This document shows positions 36,481-49,657 of a stretch of DNA of 64,000 bases, one piece after another (positions within the stretch are counted from its first letter, which is position 1; each line of letters begins with the position of its first letter). Origin of the DNA: Dipteris shenzhenensis (Eukaryota). Below the pieces are notes generated by a model that did not search any database, was not told the origin of the DNA, and saw nothing but the letters and a program-made list of their open reading frames with translations. Both the position numbers and the translations under genes were made by a program. Location: NCBI GenBank assembly GCA_047967505.1, contig CM106538.1; one strand, 5' to 3'.

Positions 36481-38183
36481 ACTGATTTTTTATAATAGAT
36501 TTGGAGTTTTTGTTCAGTACATTTGAGTGCAAAAATGAGAGATTTCTTGAGAGGTGACTGCTAACACACAAAACAACTTTGATTTTCAGCTCTATTCTTC
36601 ATTCTTGTTTGTCTTTTGTGAGATTTGACAACATACATACCTTAGTAATTTGAGAAACTACCTTCCTATCATTACAAAACTCTAACAAACCTCAAAAACA
36701 AGCTTCCTAGACTCAAAAATGCTCTTCAACATAAAATTACAGTTTTCCTTCTCTTTTCCGTCCAACTCACACTTCCTTCCTCATACCTCTACTAAAACTC
36801 CATAACAAAGCTCCAAGCTAAGCTTGAATCCTTGTGCAATGGGTGGATTATGAAAGAAAGCAAGTGCAAATGCAAATGCAAAGCATACCTTGAACTCCCT
36901 GGCAGCAATGCCAAAAATGTGTAGTCTCGACGGTGACTCACGTGTCATGGGGATCTTGAAGGAATGCCATTGGAGCCTCCACTCCAAGCTACCCTTGTGA
37001 GAGAAATGCAAGCACGAGCCATCCACTTGTGTCACACAAGCAGCTTTGTAATTGTTGTAGTGTGTTGCCACAAGAGAAAGAGGGAAGGGGGAGAGGGGAG
37101 AAGACAGGGGAGAAGGAGAAGGGAAGAGGATAGTGAAGGGGGATGGAGTGGCAAACACAAAGGCACTACAAAGGAGACAAGAGAACACCCAAAGACACTC
37201 TTGAAGAGAAGAGGGAGCTTGGATTCCAAACTTATGCATACAACAATGAAGACCAAAGTCAACCATTTGGTCCTTTATACATGTCACCTTTTCAAGGGAG
37301 GGCCAACCCTTTTCCTTTTAGCACTCTCTCTTTCTTAACATTTAAAAGGCTCTTGGGCTCGTAGGGTGCCAAGGCATCTTTGTTATCCTTTCCATCTCTC
37401 CCCTACTGTTCCACTCTTGTGTGTCAGAAATACCACTTGTGTTAACCATATAAGAGCACTAAATAGCGCTTGTGTTAGCCTCGAGCCTCCGAGGCCGAAG
37501 CTATTTGGGGCTCAAACCCCATGTATGAGGCTCAAAACCTAGAGTGGCGAGGTCAATCTTGAGCTACTTGTGGCTTGACCCCCATGAGGCAAATAACCAC
37601 ATGATGTGTTTGTGGCAATTTGCAGCTTGAGTCTGTGACCGCTTGGGATATTTGTGGCTCAAACATGCTTTTGATGCAAATGAATCAATGGAGTAATGGT
37701 GCAAGGATTGATTGACTCATTTAGGAGGAAAGTGTATGTATTGCTCTTCTTGTTCTTGCCTATTGTAAATTTTTTTAGAGCATTACACCATCCTAGATGA
37801 ATATTAAAAAGGATGTTTCGAACATTGTGTGGAAACATTGAAGAAGGTCCACAACCAATGTGCAAGATGTTGTTGAATTAAGTGATGAATTTTGAATGTT
37901 TTCATTGGTCAACCCAACCTTTTTTTGAATTTAAGAGAACATGTGCTATGGTTTTTTTGATATTTTCCCCTTGGACATAATGTTTTCAAACATGGTTTGA
38001 AGAAGTTGCTCATAGGTAAGGTTGGGGAAGAAATATAGGAGGCACATGAGAATGTTTGTATTAATTGGGGGAAGGGCAAGAAGCGAGTTTTTGAGCGAGT
38101 TTAGGAGAGACTTTCTTTTGGCAACTAACATGTTTTGTTCAACCTATTCCACTTAGGACATCTCTCTCTATTCTCTCTCTTTG

Positions 38184-38221
<38 letters not shown>

Positions 38222-38306
38222 CTAATACTGATACTCATCAAGTCTACAGGGTGTGTAGTTTGTAAACACAAAAGAGCTTCATTTTGTTTTTACAGCTTCT
38301 CAATTA

Positions 38307-38352
<46 letters not shown>

Positions 38353-38479
38353 ATTTGTGTTCTACGTGTAGACCCTCTATCTCTGTCTATGTCTTCTATC
38401 CCACCAATTTGGGCAAAATTTTTTGGCCTAAAAGGGCTTCCAAAGAAGAGCTAGCATGCACAGAATCACCTTAGAGGTG

Positions 38480-38672
38480 AAATTTCATGAAACTGATAAG
38501 AGGAATGAGCTCATTTGATGTATTCCCATCATTTTGATACCAAACATGACTATATTTGGATATTTCTAGCAAAAGTTATGAATTTTTAAAGGCCGAAATT
38601 GGCATCCAAAGGAGGGCGATGTTGATGCCCTCCTCTGGATGCCAATTTGGTCTTAAAATTTTTCCGGTAAAT

Positions 38673-38713
<41 letters not shown>

Positions 38714-38920
38714 GCTCTCTCTCTCTCTCTCCCCTTGGATAATTTGTCTTTTTTTCCCACCGTTTTAGGCAAATTTTTTATCTAGTGAAGAGATGGAATT
38801 TCATGAAACTAACAAGAGAAATGACCTCATTCAATGTGTTCCAATCGTTTTGATACCAAACATAACTAAGTCTGAACATTCCTAGCAAAAGTTATGAAAC
38901 TTTTATTAGCCCAAACTGGC
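38480..38920. repeat. Diverged direct duplication (~120 bp) interleaved with (CT)n tracts
   Basis: AATTTCATGAAACT...TTTGATACCAAACAT...CTAGCAAAAGTTATGAA at ~38481 and ~38797. Confidence 0.8.
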
Positions 38921-39903
38921 AGAGAGAGAAAGAGAGAGATAGACAGAGAGACTAAAATTGGATTCAAAAGAGTAACGCTTGGATTTATTGCTAATTGTTT
39001 CTATTGGAGGAGTTCTGTCACATTCATGTTTGAGATATTTTTAAAGTACTTCAATATAATGGAAGTTGCAATTTGTTGGAAGTAAAACTATAGTAAAGTG
39101 AGCATGTGTGAAAAAGTAACAAACATCTGATAAGTACTGTTTTCACTTCAATGCAATGTACATCATGCATTCGGCTCAAATGCAATTACAAATCCGGAGC
39201 TATTAATGGTAAAGTTTCCACTAGACTTAGTAGTTTTGAGTTTGCTTCGAGCCATCATCAAGCCTTGCTCGTACAATTGGATGAAGGTAAAATACAAGCC
39301 AAGAATAATGTGGACATATGGCCCTCTAATGTGGACGGGCACTTGCTCACCTCCACACTGTACGATGTCTCTAGTGAGGGCAGGAACTTGCTCAATGTTT
39401 TGAGGGCCTTGGCAAGAATAGCAAAGAGGCTAAAGTAGATCTCTACTGACTCGAATGCCTCCACATGCCTCGCAAACGTGCTCGATCAAGTCAACATTCA
39501 CATTTATAAAGTGCAAAATACCAAACACTTGCAATTGGACAAGGGCTTTTTGTGAGGTTCAATGGTGAAAAAATAGTATAAATCATGCAGTTGATGTTAA
39601 TCACCTTTCTTCTGTATCCTAGGCATGTAACCTAGCACACGAAAGCAACCTTCAAGTCATCCTTTGTTGGACCATCGAGAACTTCAGCTAAAATGGTGAA
39701 GTCAAAAACACAAGTGGTTCTCTTTGCCTTCAAAAATGATAAGAACGTCGTAGACTCTTTTTTATTGGTGAATGCTTGCAAATTTTCCTTTGGGGGTTTG
39801 CTTAGAGAAGCATAAATTGAAGGCGTTGACTTTGCTGTAGGTGGGGATGCACTCCTATCCATATAACAGCATGCTGAAGGTGTAGGACGGCCTAAACAAA
39901 ATC

Positions 39904-40059
39904 AAATTACTTTTTCAAGTGCAGCAATTGAGTTTTCTAAATGCTAATTTTCACATATCAGAATTATGTTTTGACAAATAAAATTTACTTTTTCAAGTGC
40001 AGAAATTGAGTTTTCTAAATGCTAATTTTCACATATCAGAATTATGTTTTGACAAATAA
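39904..40059. repeat. Tandem duplication, 2 x ~78 bp
   Basis: TTACTTTTTCAAGTGCAG...TTTTGACAAATAA occurs twice. Confidence 0.92.
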
Positions 40060-42358
40060 TTCAAAACTGTGGGCAGAAATCGAAAAGCAAGCACAAATAA
40101 ATTACAACTGTCCGGAAAATTTCATAAACACCAACAATAAACTGAAAAGCCTATACTGTATGCAAGTTCATGCATAAAGAATTTCTTGAATCGTTCCTGT
40201 AGTGCAACGCTTAGTCTCGCAAATAGCAAGGTCGTAGAAACGAATGAAAAATTCGTATAAGGCTATGAAAAGCTATCGCGAACATGCGAGAACCCCTACT
40301 TCAGGCAAAGCGATAGAGATTTGAGATAGAGGACAGGCATGCAGAGTTCTCTACTACAGAACGCGAATACGGGAGGAGCACGCAGGACAGAAGTTTAAGA
40401 AATAGAGACGAAAAGCAATCACAGACGAGGAGGCCCCACGAAAAGGAGGGATATCCAAAAAGTTCACGACCCAGTGGGTCTTCGTTGTGTAGAGACTTTG
40501 CGTTAGAGGCATCCCATGCCACTCATCTGGAGGAGGACGTTCGTAGTAATGGAAACAAAGCGGACGCATCTCAAAAGTTTGTTCTTCCCGAACGTCACTT
40601 GGGTGCCCTTACCATGGAACAGCCACTCTATGCCCCGAAACCTTTCGGTTGTAACTTCAGTGCATTGGAAAATCGGGAGGCCATGCTTGATGAGATATTA
40701 AAAGATAGAAAGAGATCGCTTTCGTCTCTGCAAGAGGATGTTAGTAGAGCTCCAGAACTGGAGGAAGCAAGTCGAGGCTCTCAAAAAGAACAAGGCAAGC
40801 AAACAGGTAAAGAAAAATGCACGGGAAAGCAAAGAGTACAGGCGTAGCGACCTTCAGTAGTAGCAAACGCTGGAAAAACGCACATGCACCCCACGTGAAT
40901 GAAAGCCAGTATTCGCAATGAACTAAATCAACAAAAACAAATGACTGGAAAGGTTATACCGTCGGCAGCATGATTGAGTTTGTTAGAATCACCATTGCCA
41001 CGCATCGACACAATAACCTGACGAAAGCTCCACTGTCGGTCTCCATGAAGTCAGTCGAGGCCTCCACTCTTGCCAGTTTCGTTTCCTCCCAAAGTATGGC
41101 AATACAAGGGATACCGGCAAACTTACCTCTTGCGCGTTTATAGACCAAAACTAAACTCCACAAGAATAGACCACGACAACCGGAGAAATCTATTTCAGCT
41201 AAGGAACTCCTTCTACGAGAAATCTATGGATTGCCAACAACTCTTTGGAGTAGTACTTGTGGAATGTTTGCACTAGCCGTAACGAAATGCTCTTTCAAGG
41301 TACTCATAAAGATACACTGCATCCTCTAATCAATGACATTTGTAAGGAGATTGAAGACTCTTTCAAAGACGTGAGGAAGAAGATGTAGGCCCTGGAGCAG
41401 AAGATGGAAGGCCACACGTACAAAGAACAAGATCCCAAGCTGGCTCATATGGAGGAGAACTTGGTCAAACAAGAAGAAATCCTCGTAGCCCTGTCACTAC
41501 TCAAAAATCAGATCTTAAGCTTGCTGTAGACTGTGCTAGCAAAATCCTCTTTAGATGAGAGACACTAGCACCTCCCTTTTGAATAGGACTTCCCTTTGGT
41601 AATCCCCCCAGCATGTTGGGGTTGTTGACTCTGTCTCCAGGCAGCGCTGTAATCTTTTTCTTTTCTTTCAATTTAATATAATCGTAGCTTTTCGAAAAAA
41701 AAAAAGAATAGACCATGACAAACGAAATTAATCAGAAGATATCCCTCCAAAATTCGCTGCAGCTCTCCATTACATGGAGGGAGCCGAAAGTCGTTGAAGT
41801 GCCAATACCCTTCTTAATCAGCAATAATCAACAATTATAACAAGTAGAGCATGACGATGCAAATCAGCCGCCTCCAATCTGTATCAAATCGAAAAGAAGG
41901 TGCGAGTGATGACCGCACAGAGTCTCCAGACTTCATGCCACTGCATATACCCTCCTTAATCACCAGTATTCTCTAACAATCAAAACATGCAGAGCATCAG
42001 CCACCTCCAATCATCGAAAACAAGGCACGACTGACGATCGAAGCAGAAGCAAGGCATGAGTGATGGCCGAGCGAAGAAAAGCAAAGGTGAGAGAATGCAA
42101 CACCAACCACCCCAAAACCCCAAAAAATCCATGCAATGAAGTGCACGAGTAACATGACCTGTCTACAACGAGTTAGACACCCGCTCCATTGGGTCTCCAA
42201 GTGGGATCTTAAAATTCTTTAATTCCAAGAAATGAAATTCCAAGTTTCAAGTTAGAATGTTTTTTATCTCCCTCACGTCCATACACATACTGATACTCAA
42301 ACATGGAACAACCCGCCCTGCCCTTTTCCATGTATAGATGCACACATCCTTATTAGAC

Positions 42359-42391
<33 letters not shown>

Positions 42392-42419
42392 TACACACAC
42401 ACACCACTCCACTCCACTG

Positions 42420-42760
42420 CAGGCTTGTTGAAGCTCTGATGGAGTGTTGATGAAGCTTCGAGAGAAAAAGGTGGTGCCTTCCTCTACCCAAATAACATAG
42501 TAGCATGTAACAATCAATTCTCAAAATTGGGTTATCTCCTTTTGCAATCGAGGGTCCTTGTTCTCTTTCATGCCCTTTCTCACCCACATCATGCCCTTCC
42601 TCCTTTTGACCCATTGAAGGCTTTTGAAGCTCTAATCGGGTGTTGATGAAGCTCTGAGAGAAAAAGGTAGTGCCTCCTTCTACCCAAATAACATAGTAGC
42701 ATGTAGCAATCAATTCTCAAAATTGGGTTGTTATCTCCTTGTGCAATCGAGGGTCCTTTA
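42420..42760. repeat. Diverged tandem duplication (~200-bp period), with a third partial copy near 42975-43027
   Basis: GAAGCTCT...GAGAAAAAGGT..TGCC...CAATCAATTCTCAAAATTGGG...GCAATCGAGGGTCC is repeated. Confidence 0.85.
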
Positions 42761-43763
42761 TACTCTAGTAGGCTCACTTAAATGCCATGCATCTTTGCAT
42801 ACATTCTCTCCTCCCCTTATCAAAGTGAAATGCATGAAATGCCCACACATTTGTGCTTTATTTGATTGCAAGAGGAATTCCCTATTGTGCTCTGGTTTCT
42901 TTCGCCAAGCTTCACCACCAAATGTCAAATGTTTTGCTCGACATCTCTCTCCAAACAAACATTACTTTACTTTAATGGGGTGTTAATCTCAAAGAAAAAG
43001 GTGTTTCCTTTTGCAATCGAGGGTCCTCTCTCTCTCTCTCTCTCTCTCTCACCCTTACCCACCCACCCCTATATATATATTGTGCGCATGCCAACTTTCT
43101 AGTCCCCCTCACAAACGTGTGCATGTGTGTATTTCTCTATGTGAACACGTGCATATTAGCTAAAAAACAATGGTTCTAATAGGCAGTGTCTACACACACA
43201 CACACACATAGCCCCACACATGTATGTATGTATTGTGTGCACTCCCCCCCACACCCCCTTACCCACTCTCTTCTCAATCTTGCCCTTCCCTCCCTCCTAT
43301 ACCCCTCCTGCATACCCCCCGACCCAAAAAAAAAATCATAACCAAAGAACCCTCTCTCGTCCCTTTGAGGTAATTGTCCCCTTGCCCCTAGGGTTGTGTA
43401 TGTGTGTGTGTGTTTTCACTAAAAACAAATTGTGCATACATGTTAATGCATGCGTGCATGCATACGTGTGTGTGTGTGTGCGTGTGTGTGTTTAGATTAA
43501 AAAGTCCCATCAATAATTGAGCCATACAATTAATTCCATCAATTAAATAGAAAGTTAAAAAAAAAGGAAAACATATAAGAAAAAATGTTTAAGACATCTA
43601 AGTTGAAAAATGCAACAACTAGAGTTTGCAAAAATTTCGATAAAAATTAAGAATTTTTAATAATATTGAGTTTGATAAACATAATATTTAAAAAAGATGT
43701 CAAATCCTCAGGCAGTCCAGGTTCCAAGGTCAAGGTCCACTTACCTGCCACCATCCAAACAAA

Positions 43764-44058
43764 CTAGGTGTTAGAACACCATAGTTACATTTGGGTAGAC
43801 GGGTAATGCCTATTTTTCCCGGCTTGTTATCAGGAATATAGAGACAACCATATGGATTCTTAGATAATTTTTTTAAAAAAAAAACCACAAGTGAAGTTTA
43901 ACTCACAAGTGGAGGAGTGAATGAGTGCATGGGTTGAGACAGGATCAGAGGAGGTATGGGACGATTAGTGGACTTGGTGTGTGGGGTGGTTAAAAAGAGA
44001 GTGTAAAAAGGAATTTCACGGGGATAAAATGAAAGAATAATTCATAGTTGGGGAAGTA

Positions 44059-44089
<31 letters not shown>

Positions 44090-44710
44090 ATTCACAATAT
44101 TAGAACATCAATTATAAGAAGATAAAATAGTGTGTCATGGAGCCCCCTCATCCTTAAGGTACCTTGCCACCCACCCAACTCTCTCCTCCCTCGAGCAGTG
44201 TGAGCCTCCCACCCCCCCACCCCTCTCTTCTACAAGACCTCTATTCCCCCTCCTATAGGTAGAGTGCCTGTGTGTGTCTTTTTTGTCTCATATATTTGTG
44301 CGTGTGGACTCCTCTCTCTACCTATACATGTGCTTTCCTGCCTCCTAGATCCTCTTCCCCTCAAGTAGTATGTGCATGTGTCTATTTGTGCATGTGCCCT
44401 GTGGTCAATGTGTGCCCCCCCCCCCTCTCCCTCCCCCATTTTGCCAAGACGACTCTCATCCTCCTCTTATGGAGTGTGTGGGCCTTCCATCTCTCTAATA
44501 TACCCCCCCCTCCCTTAGTGTGTTGCGGGGCCCTCTCTATTCCTACACATGTGCTTCCTCCCTCCTAGATCCCCCACCCCCAAAAAAGTAGCTTTTCCCC
44601 CTCACGTGCACTTATGCTTACTTGTGTGCCCCTAGGGTTGTGTGTGTGTGTGTGTATGTGTGTGTGTATGTGTGTGTTTGGATAAGATACACAACTCACT
44701 CTCCCCCCCC

Positions 44711-44752
<42 letters not shown>

Positions 44753-44866
44753 TCCTTTCCTTTGTCTCCTCTCTCTACTCTCTTTGTTCTCTCTTTATAT
44801 TATATACATACATATATATTACTTATATGTATGTATATATATACAATATAATATTATCTACATACA

Positions 44867-44912
<46 letters not shown>

Positions 44913-45791
44913 AACACACACACACACACACTCCTCTCTCTTTCCTCTCTCGCTTTTCTCTCTACTCTTTGTTCTCGCTCTCTCTCTCTTCTTCTCTCTC
45001 TCTCTCTCTTCTTCTCTCTCTCTTCTTCTCTCTCTCGCTCTTCTCTCTCATCGCTCTCCTCTCTCTCCTCCTTGTCTCTCTATTTACTCCACAGTTACAA
45101 TCTGTCTCAACAAGTCTGTAGTCTCGCAGTCTCGGACTATCTGAGGTGCACAATAGTGCACCACCACGTGGCACGATACGCAAGTCACAGCTGCTACTGA
45201 CGTGTTACACAAGTCAAGCTGCATGGCACCGTCTTCGCGAGGGCAGTCATTTAAATGCATTATATAGATATATATGGCCCGGTGCAATCTGTCGCAAGAC
45301 TCCGCAGACCATTGGATCAAATATTGATCCAAAGGCTCAAAACCCACCGCATAGTCTGTCCGCATGACAGTCACTATGGATGCCCATGTGGACTATGCAC
45401 CCACCGCCACGTGTTGTTGCCGTCAGATTTCACGGTGGCTGTTTGTCCACTGCCTTCTGCCACGTGCTCGTGCGGAGCTCCCCCGAAGCTCCCAAACCTC
45501 CACCCACCTTCCCCAAGGCTCTCGAACCTCAGATTGTGCCCACGTGGCATACTTAGCTTCTTCCATCTCTCTAATATATCCCCCCCTCCCTTAGTGTGTT
45601 GTGGGGCCCTCTCTATTCCTACACATGTGCTTCCTCCCTCCTAGATGCCCCACTCCCAAAAAAGTAGCTTTTTCCCTTCACGTGCACTTGTGCTTACTTG
45701 TGTGTCTGTGCCCCTTGCCCCTAGGGTTGTGTGTGTGTGTGCATGTGTGTTTGGGTAAGATACACAACACACTCTCCCCCCCTTCCCCCCC

Positions 45792-45845
<54 letters not shown>

Positions 45846-45979
45846 TCCTCTCCTCTGTCTCCTCTCTCTACTCTCTTTGTTCTCTCTTTATATTATATAC
45901 ACACATATATATTACTTATATGTATGTATATATATATTTATATATTATATATATATATATAATATAATATTATCTACAT

Positions 45980-46018
<39 letters not shown>

Positions 46019-46309
46019 CTCCTTTCTCTCACCTCTCTGGCTTTTCTCTCTACTCTTTGTTTTCTCTCGCTCTCTTCTTCTCTCTCTTGCTCCGCTCTCT
46101 CATCACTCTCCACTCTCTCCTCCCTGTCTCTCTGTTTACTCCACAGTTACAATCTGTCTCAATAAGTCTGTAGTCTCGCAGTCTCGGACTGTCCCTGGTC
46201 AGTCTCGGGTGTACAACAATGCATCGCCATGTGGCATACTTAGCTTCTTCCATTCGAAACCTCTCCTTAAAGAAAAGTATTAGTATAGATATAGAAGTAT
46301 ACATATAGA
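43764..46309 (-). mobile_element. Probable non-autonomous Helitron containing a ~700-bp internal duplication rich in microsatellites
   Basis: Minus strand starts A|TCTATATG..TCTATATCTATACTAAT (Helitron-like 5' end) and can end ...CACCTAG|T at 43764 after a weak hairpin. 44484-45150 matches 45560-46190. The 3' end is uncertain. Confidence 0.45.
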
Positions 46310-46552
46310 TGTGGAATTGGAAGTAGAAATCTCCACATTATAAAAGCCCAAAATTATCACAATTTCTGCTTTGCAACACTTCAACCATTTCTAAGGCTAC
46401 CCCAAGGGGTAGGCCAAAAAGTAGATGAAGTGGAGAAGGTGAGAGAGGATTGATGGAGAGGTGAGAGCCCATGGTGGAAAGCCAGAGCCAAGAGAGAGAG
46501 AGAGAGAAACATACAGAGAGACAAGAGACAAAGAGAGAATGCATGGTTGATG

Positions 46553-46586
<34 letters not shown>

Positions 46587-47076
46587 ATGCATGGTTGCTG
46601 GAGAGGCTGACGTGCAGAGCATGAACATGAATTAAGGAGGGTGGCGACTCGCGAATTGAGAGGATGGGCGGTGTGACTGTTGGCGGGTGGAATCTTGTGT
46701 CTGAGTATCGCAACGGCACATTCATTCGCCACCAACGGCTCATTATGCCTGTCGACCGACACTCTTGGCAGCTGCGCGCGTATCCAGGCGCGGCGTTTGC
46801 CTCGTTTCCCTTACATTTTTAATCAACCCACATCGCCAACGTGCTGGCACAGTTGTAGAGGAGTAAGTTTGCGCCATGTTCTTCATGGCGGGACGGTCCC
46901 AGGAGCATCCGAGGCCGGGGAATGATGGCGATTCGGCGGCCATTATAGTAGCGGGCTGGTAAAGTCAACAAGAAAGAGATCTCAGATTCTCGTGGATAGA
47001 TAGATGACGAGGAAAACATTAGTGGAAGCAATATGCGAAGTAAATGTGTAGAAGGGACGCAATGAAGCAATAGAAC

Positions 47077-47600
47077 GAGCTTGAAGCAAGGTAGTAGTAG
47101 AGATAGAGATACCACAGGAGGAAGGAGAAACGATCATCTTGAGTGCAGCAGAGATGGAGGTACCACAGGAGGGAGGAGAAACGATCATCTTGAGTGCGTG
47201 CGAGGAAAGCAGATGAGCTTGAAGCAACAGAGCAGAGATCACAACAGACAGGAGGGAGGAAAATCGTGTGTGTGAGGGTGAGGGAGGCAGATGAGCTTCG
47301 AGCAACAGAACGAGCTTCAAGCATCCAAGCAGAGATCACAGCAAGCAGGAGGGGAGGAGAAACGAATTTCTTGTGGATATATGAGGGGAGCTCAGGCAAA
47401 TTCGAGCAGATTGAGCTTCTAGCAATCGAGCAGGTGAGCTTCTAGCAATCGAGCAGGTGAGCTTCAAGCAACAGAGCAGAGGAATGAGGTTCAAGCAATC
47501 GAGCAGATGGGCTTCAAGCAACAGAGCAGAATCGAGCAGATAAGCTTCAAGCAACAGAGAAAAGCTGTAAGGGAAGCAAGCAATTGAGCTTCACGCAACC
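47077..47600. repeat. Irregular minisatellite with core GAGCTT(C/G)(A/T/G)AGCAA upstream of the GST gene
   Basis: About 11 core copies (47077, 47215, 47293, 47312, 47413, 47436, 47459, 47485, 47509, 47541, 47586) plus a 51-bp-period duplication at 47110-47195. Confidence 0.85.
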
Positions 47601-47798
47601 GCGCAAACCTCACAGGAGAAATCAAAATCGTCTCTGTTTTTCCTATCTGAGCTCGCCACCATCGCGAGGAAGATGAAATTCTCGCATCTGTAGCGAGTCC
47701 TCCTCGCAACAGCAGTCAGGAGGACGAAATCTTCTCTCCGTCTTCTATCTACAGCTCGCATCCGACGCTCGGAGCCTTATCCTCCCCGGCTCTCTGCA

Positions 47799-49657
47799 AT
47801 GGGATCGTGCTTGGTCAAGCCCGACACTTCTCGAGGTTCCTCTGTCGCCCCTTACTCCTCTCCGCAGGCCAAACGTCCTCGCCTGCGCTTGTATGGCTCG
47901 GAATTATGCCCGTTCACTGCCAGGATACGCATCGCTCTCGAGCACAAAGGCGTACCGGTGCAGAGCGTGTGGTTGAATTCGGATGAGGTGAAAGGGAAGA
48001 AGCTGCAGCTGGTCGCGTTCATGGTGCCGGAGGGAAAACTCCCCATCTTACAACACGAGGAGGAGAATGTGTGTGGATCATCAGATGAGATTTTGGAGTA
48101 CATCGAAGCGACGTTTCCTAAACCGAGCTTGCTTCTGGGAGGGTCTCTCGCGAAGGAAGTGCAAGAATGGGTTGCATACGTTCGAGACACTTTCAGTCCT
48201 CTCATAGCTCAACTGTTGTACGATGCAGACCCGTTTTCTCGCAAAGAACGAGAAGCAAGATTGCACGCCTCTTTCACAAAGCTCGACGGTGCAATCTCGA
48301 CGCACATCTCCAAAGGTCACTTCTTCTTCGGTGACAGATTCAGTCTCGTAGATGTTTACCTCATACCCTTCCTTTTGTTGGCTCGCCCTCTCGCATACTT
48401 TCGCGGTATAGAGATGAATCCTTCTCTTTCGCACCTGCTCAATTATAACAGGCGCATGACTTCCTTTCCCAGCTATGCGCCTGTTAGTATGGACCTCGAT
48501 TTGTTGCAAATGTCGGTGGATAAGGCCCTTGCCGAAGCTGCATCGCCTCCATTGATAGAAATGACTCTGTTACAGCATGAGAGTATGCTGGGTCACTTGG
48601 AGAACCTTGTTCATTCAGCAGAGGAGCTGACAGTGGCTATGAAGCAGGCTGCAAGAACCATCGATCCCGTAAAAGGAAGCATTGGTATGCAGATCAGGAA
48701 GCTGTCGACTCGGTATGGTCACTTGTTGGAGTTCATGCTAGAACATGCTCAAATGGAAGAACGAATTATATTTCCTACACTGGAGAAGGCCGACAGAGGT
48801 TCGTGGAACGTAAGGCATACCTTGCTAGTTTAAGCTGTTTATCACATTCATGTCAGCTTCTTCGTTTTCGTTGGCTTAGCGTTGCTAAAAAATGCCAGAT
48901 TTCTCGGTCAGGGAGACGGAAGCTGATGGTATTTTGAGCTTCCCTTGTGTTTTTCATGATCGCTTTATGCATATCTATGCAGGCTTAACGAAATCTGCCA
49001 ATCAAAGCCATGCGAGGGATTTACCTCTTATGAACGGCATCAAAGAAGACTTAAAAGCAGTGTTGGCTCTTGAGCAAGGGAGTCCTGGTAGAAGCGAAGC
49101 TTTGCATGGTGTAGCAACGCGCTTAAGAGCGCTTCAGGTATGAACCTCGTAAGGGATGAGTGATGAACATCACTATTTTTAATGCCCTGGGAATTGGTTT
49201 TACTGCATTTGCACCCATGGGAATCTCAAGCACTAGACTTTCTCTTCTGCAGAGATTCGTGAATTTTACTCTCTTTCTCGGGCTGTCGATTCTTCAGCAT
49301 TTGTATTGAATGATTGATACTGTGATTTGTACTATGCAGGATCACACAGTCGAACACTTTCAAGAGGAGGAAACCGAGCTTCTTCCTTTATTAAACCCAG
49401 CAGGTGTGGGGAGCAAACAGCAAACGGCATTGGTGGGGAAATGCCTGAACGTTATGGATTCGCTGCATGCTCGGTTATTCCCTTTTCTTCTATCAGGACT
49501 CCGGCCTCATCAAATCCACCAGTACTTGATTCTAGCGCACAAGTGCGTAGAACACGGCAAGGCAATCTCCATGATGGGCGCACTCCAGAATTCAGATGAG
49601 GAATATGAATATATATGGAATCTGGTGAAAGACAGGCTTCCTTTCCTTGCATCTTAG
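47799..49657 (+). CDS. GSTH: Hemerythrin-class glutathione S-transferase (GST-N, GST-C, C-terminal hemerythrin/HHE domain); exons 47799-48798, 48983-49137, 49340-49657; 490 aa
   Basis: Cys-type GST motif LCPFTARIRIAL, GKLPIL, SDEILEYIE, FSLVDVYLIPF. Hemerythrin ligands QHES, EHAQMEERIIFP, SHARD, EHFQEEE. GT-AG introns join in frame (1000+155+318 nt). Confidence 0.92.

Noticed and set aside
47077-47600. CRISPR-like repeat-spacer appearance
   Set aside because: The core is only ~13 bp, the spacers are irregular and themselves repetitive, there are no cas genes, and the context is eukaryotic.
48799-48833. Single-exon 344-aa GST ORF as listed in the ORF track
   Set aside because: The end is intron read-through. 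The spliced model completes the hemerythrin domain.
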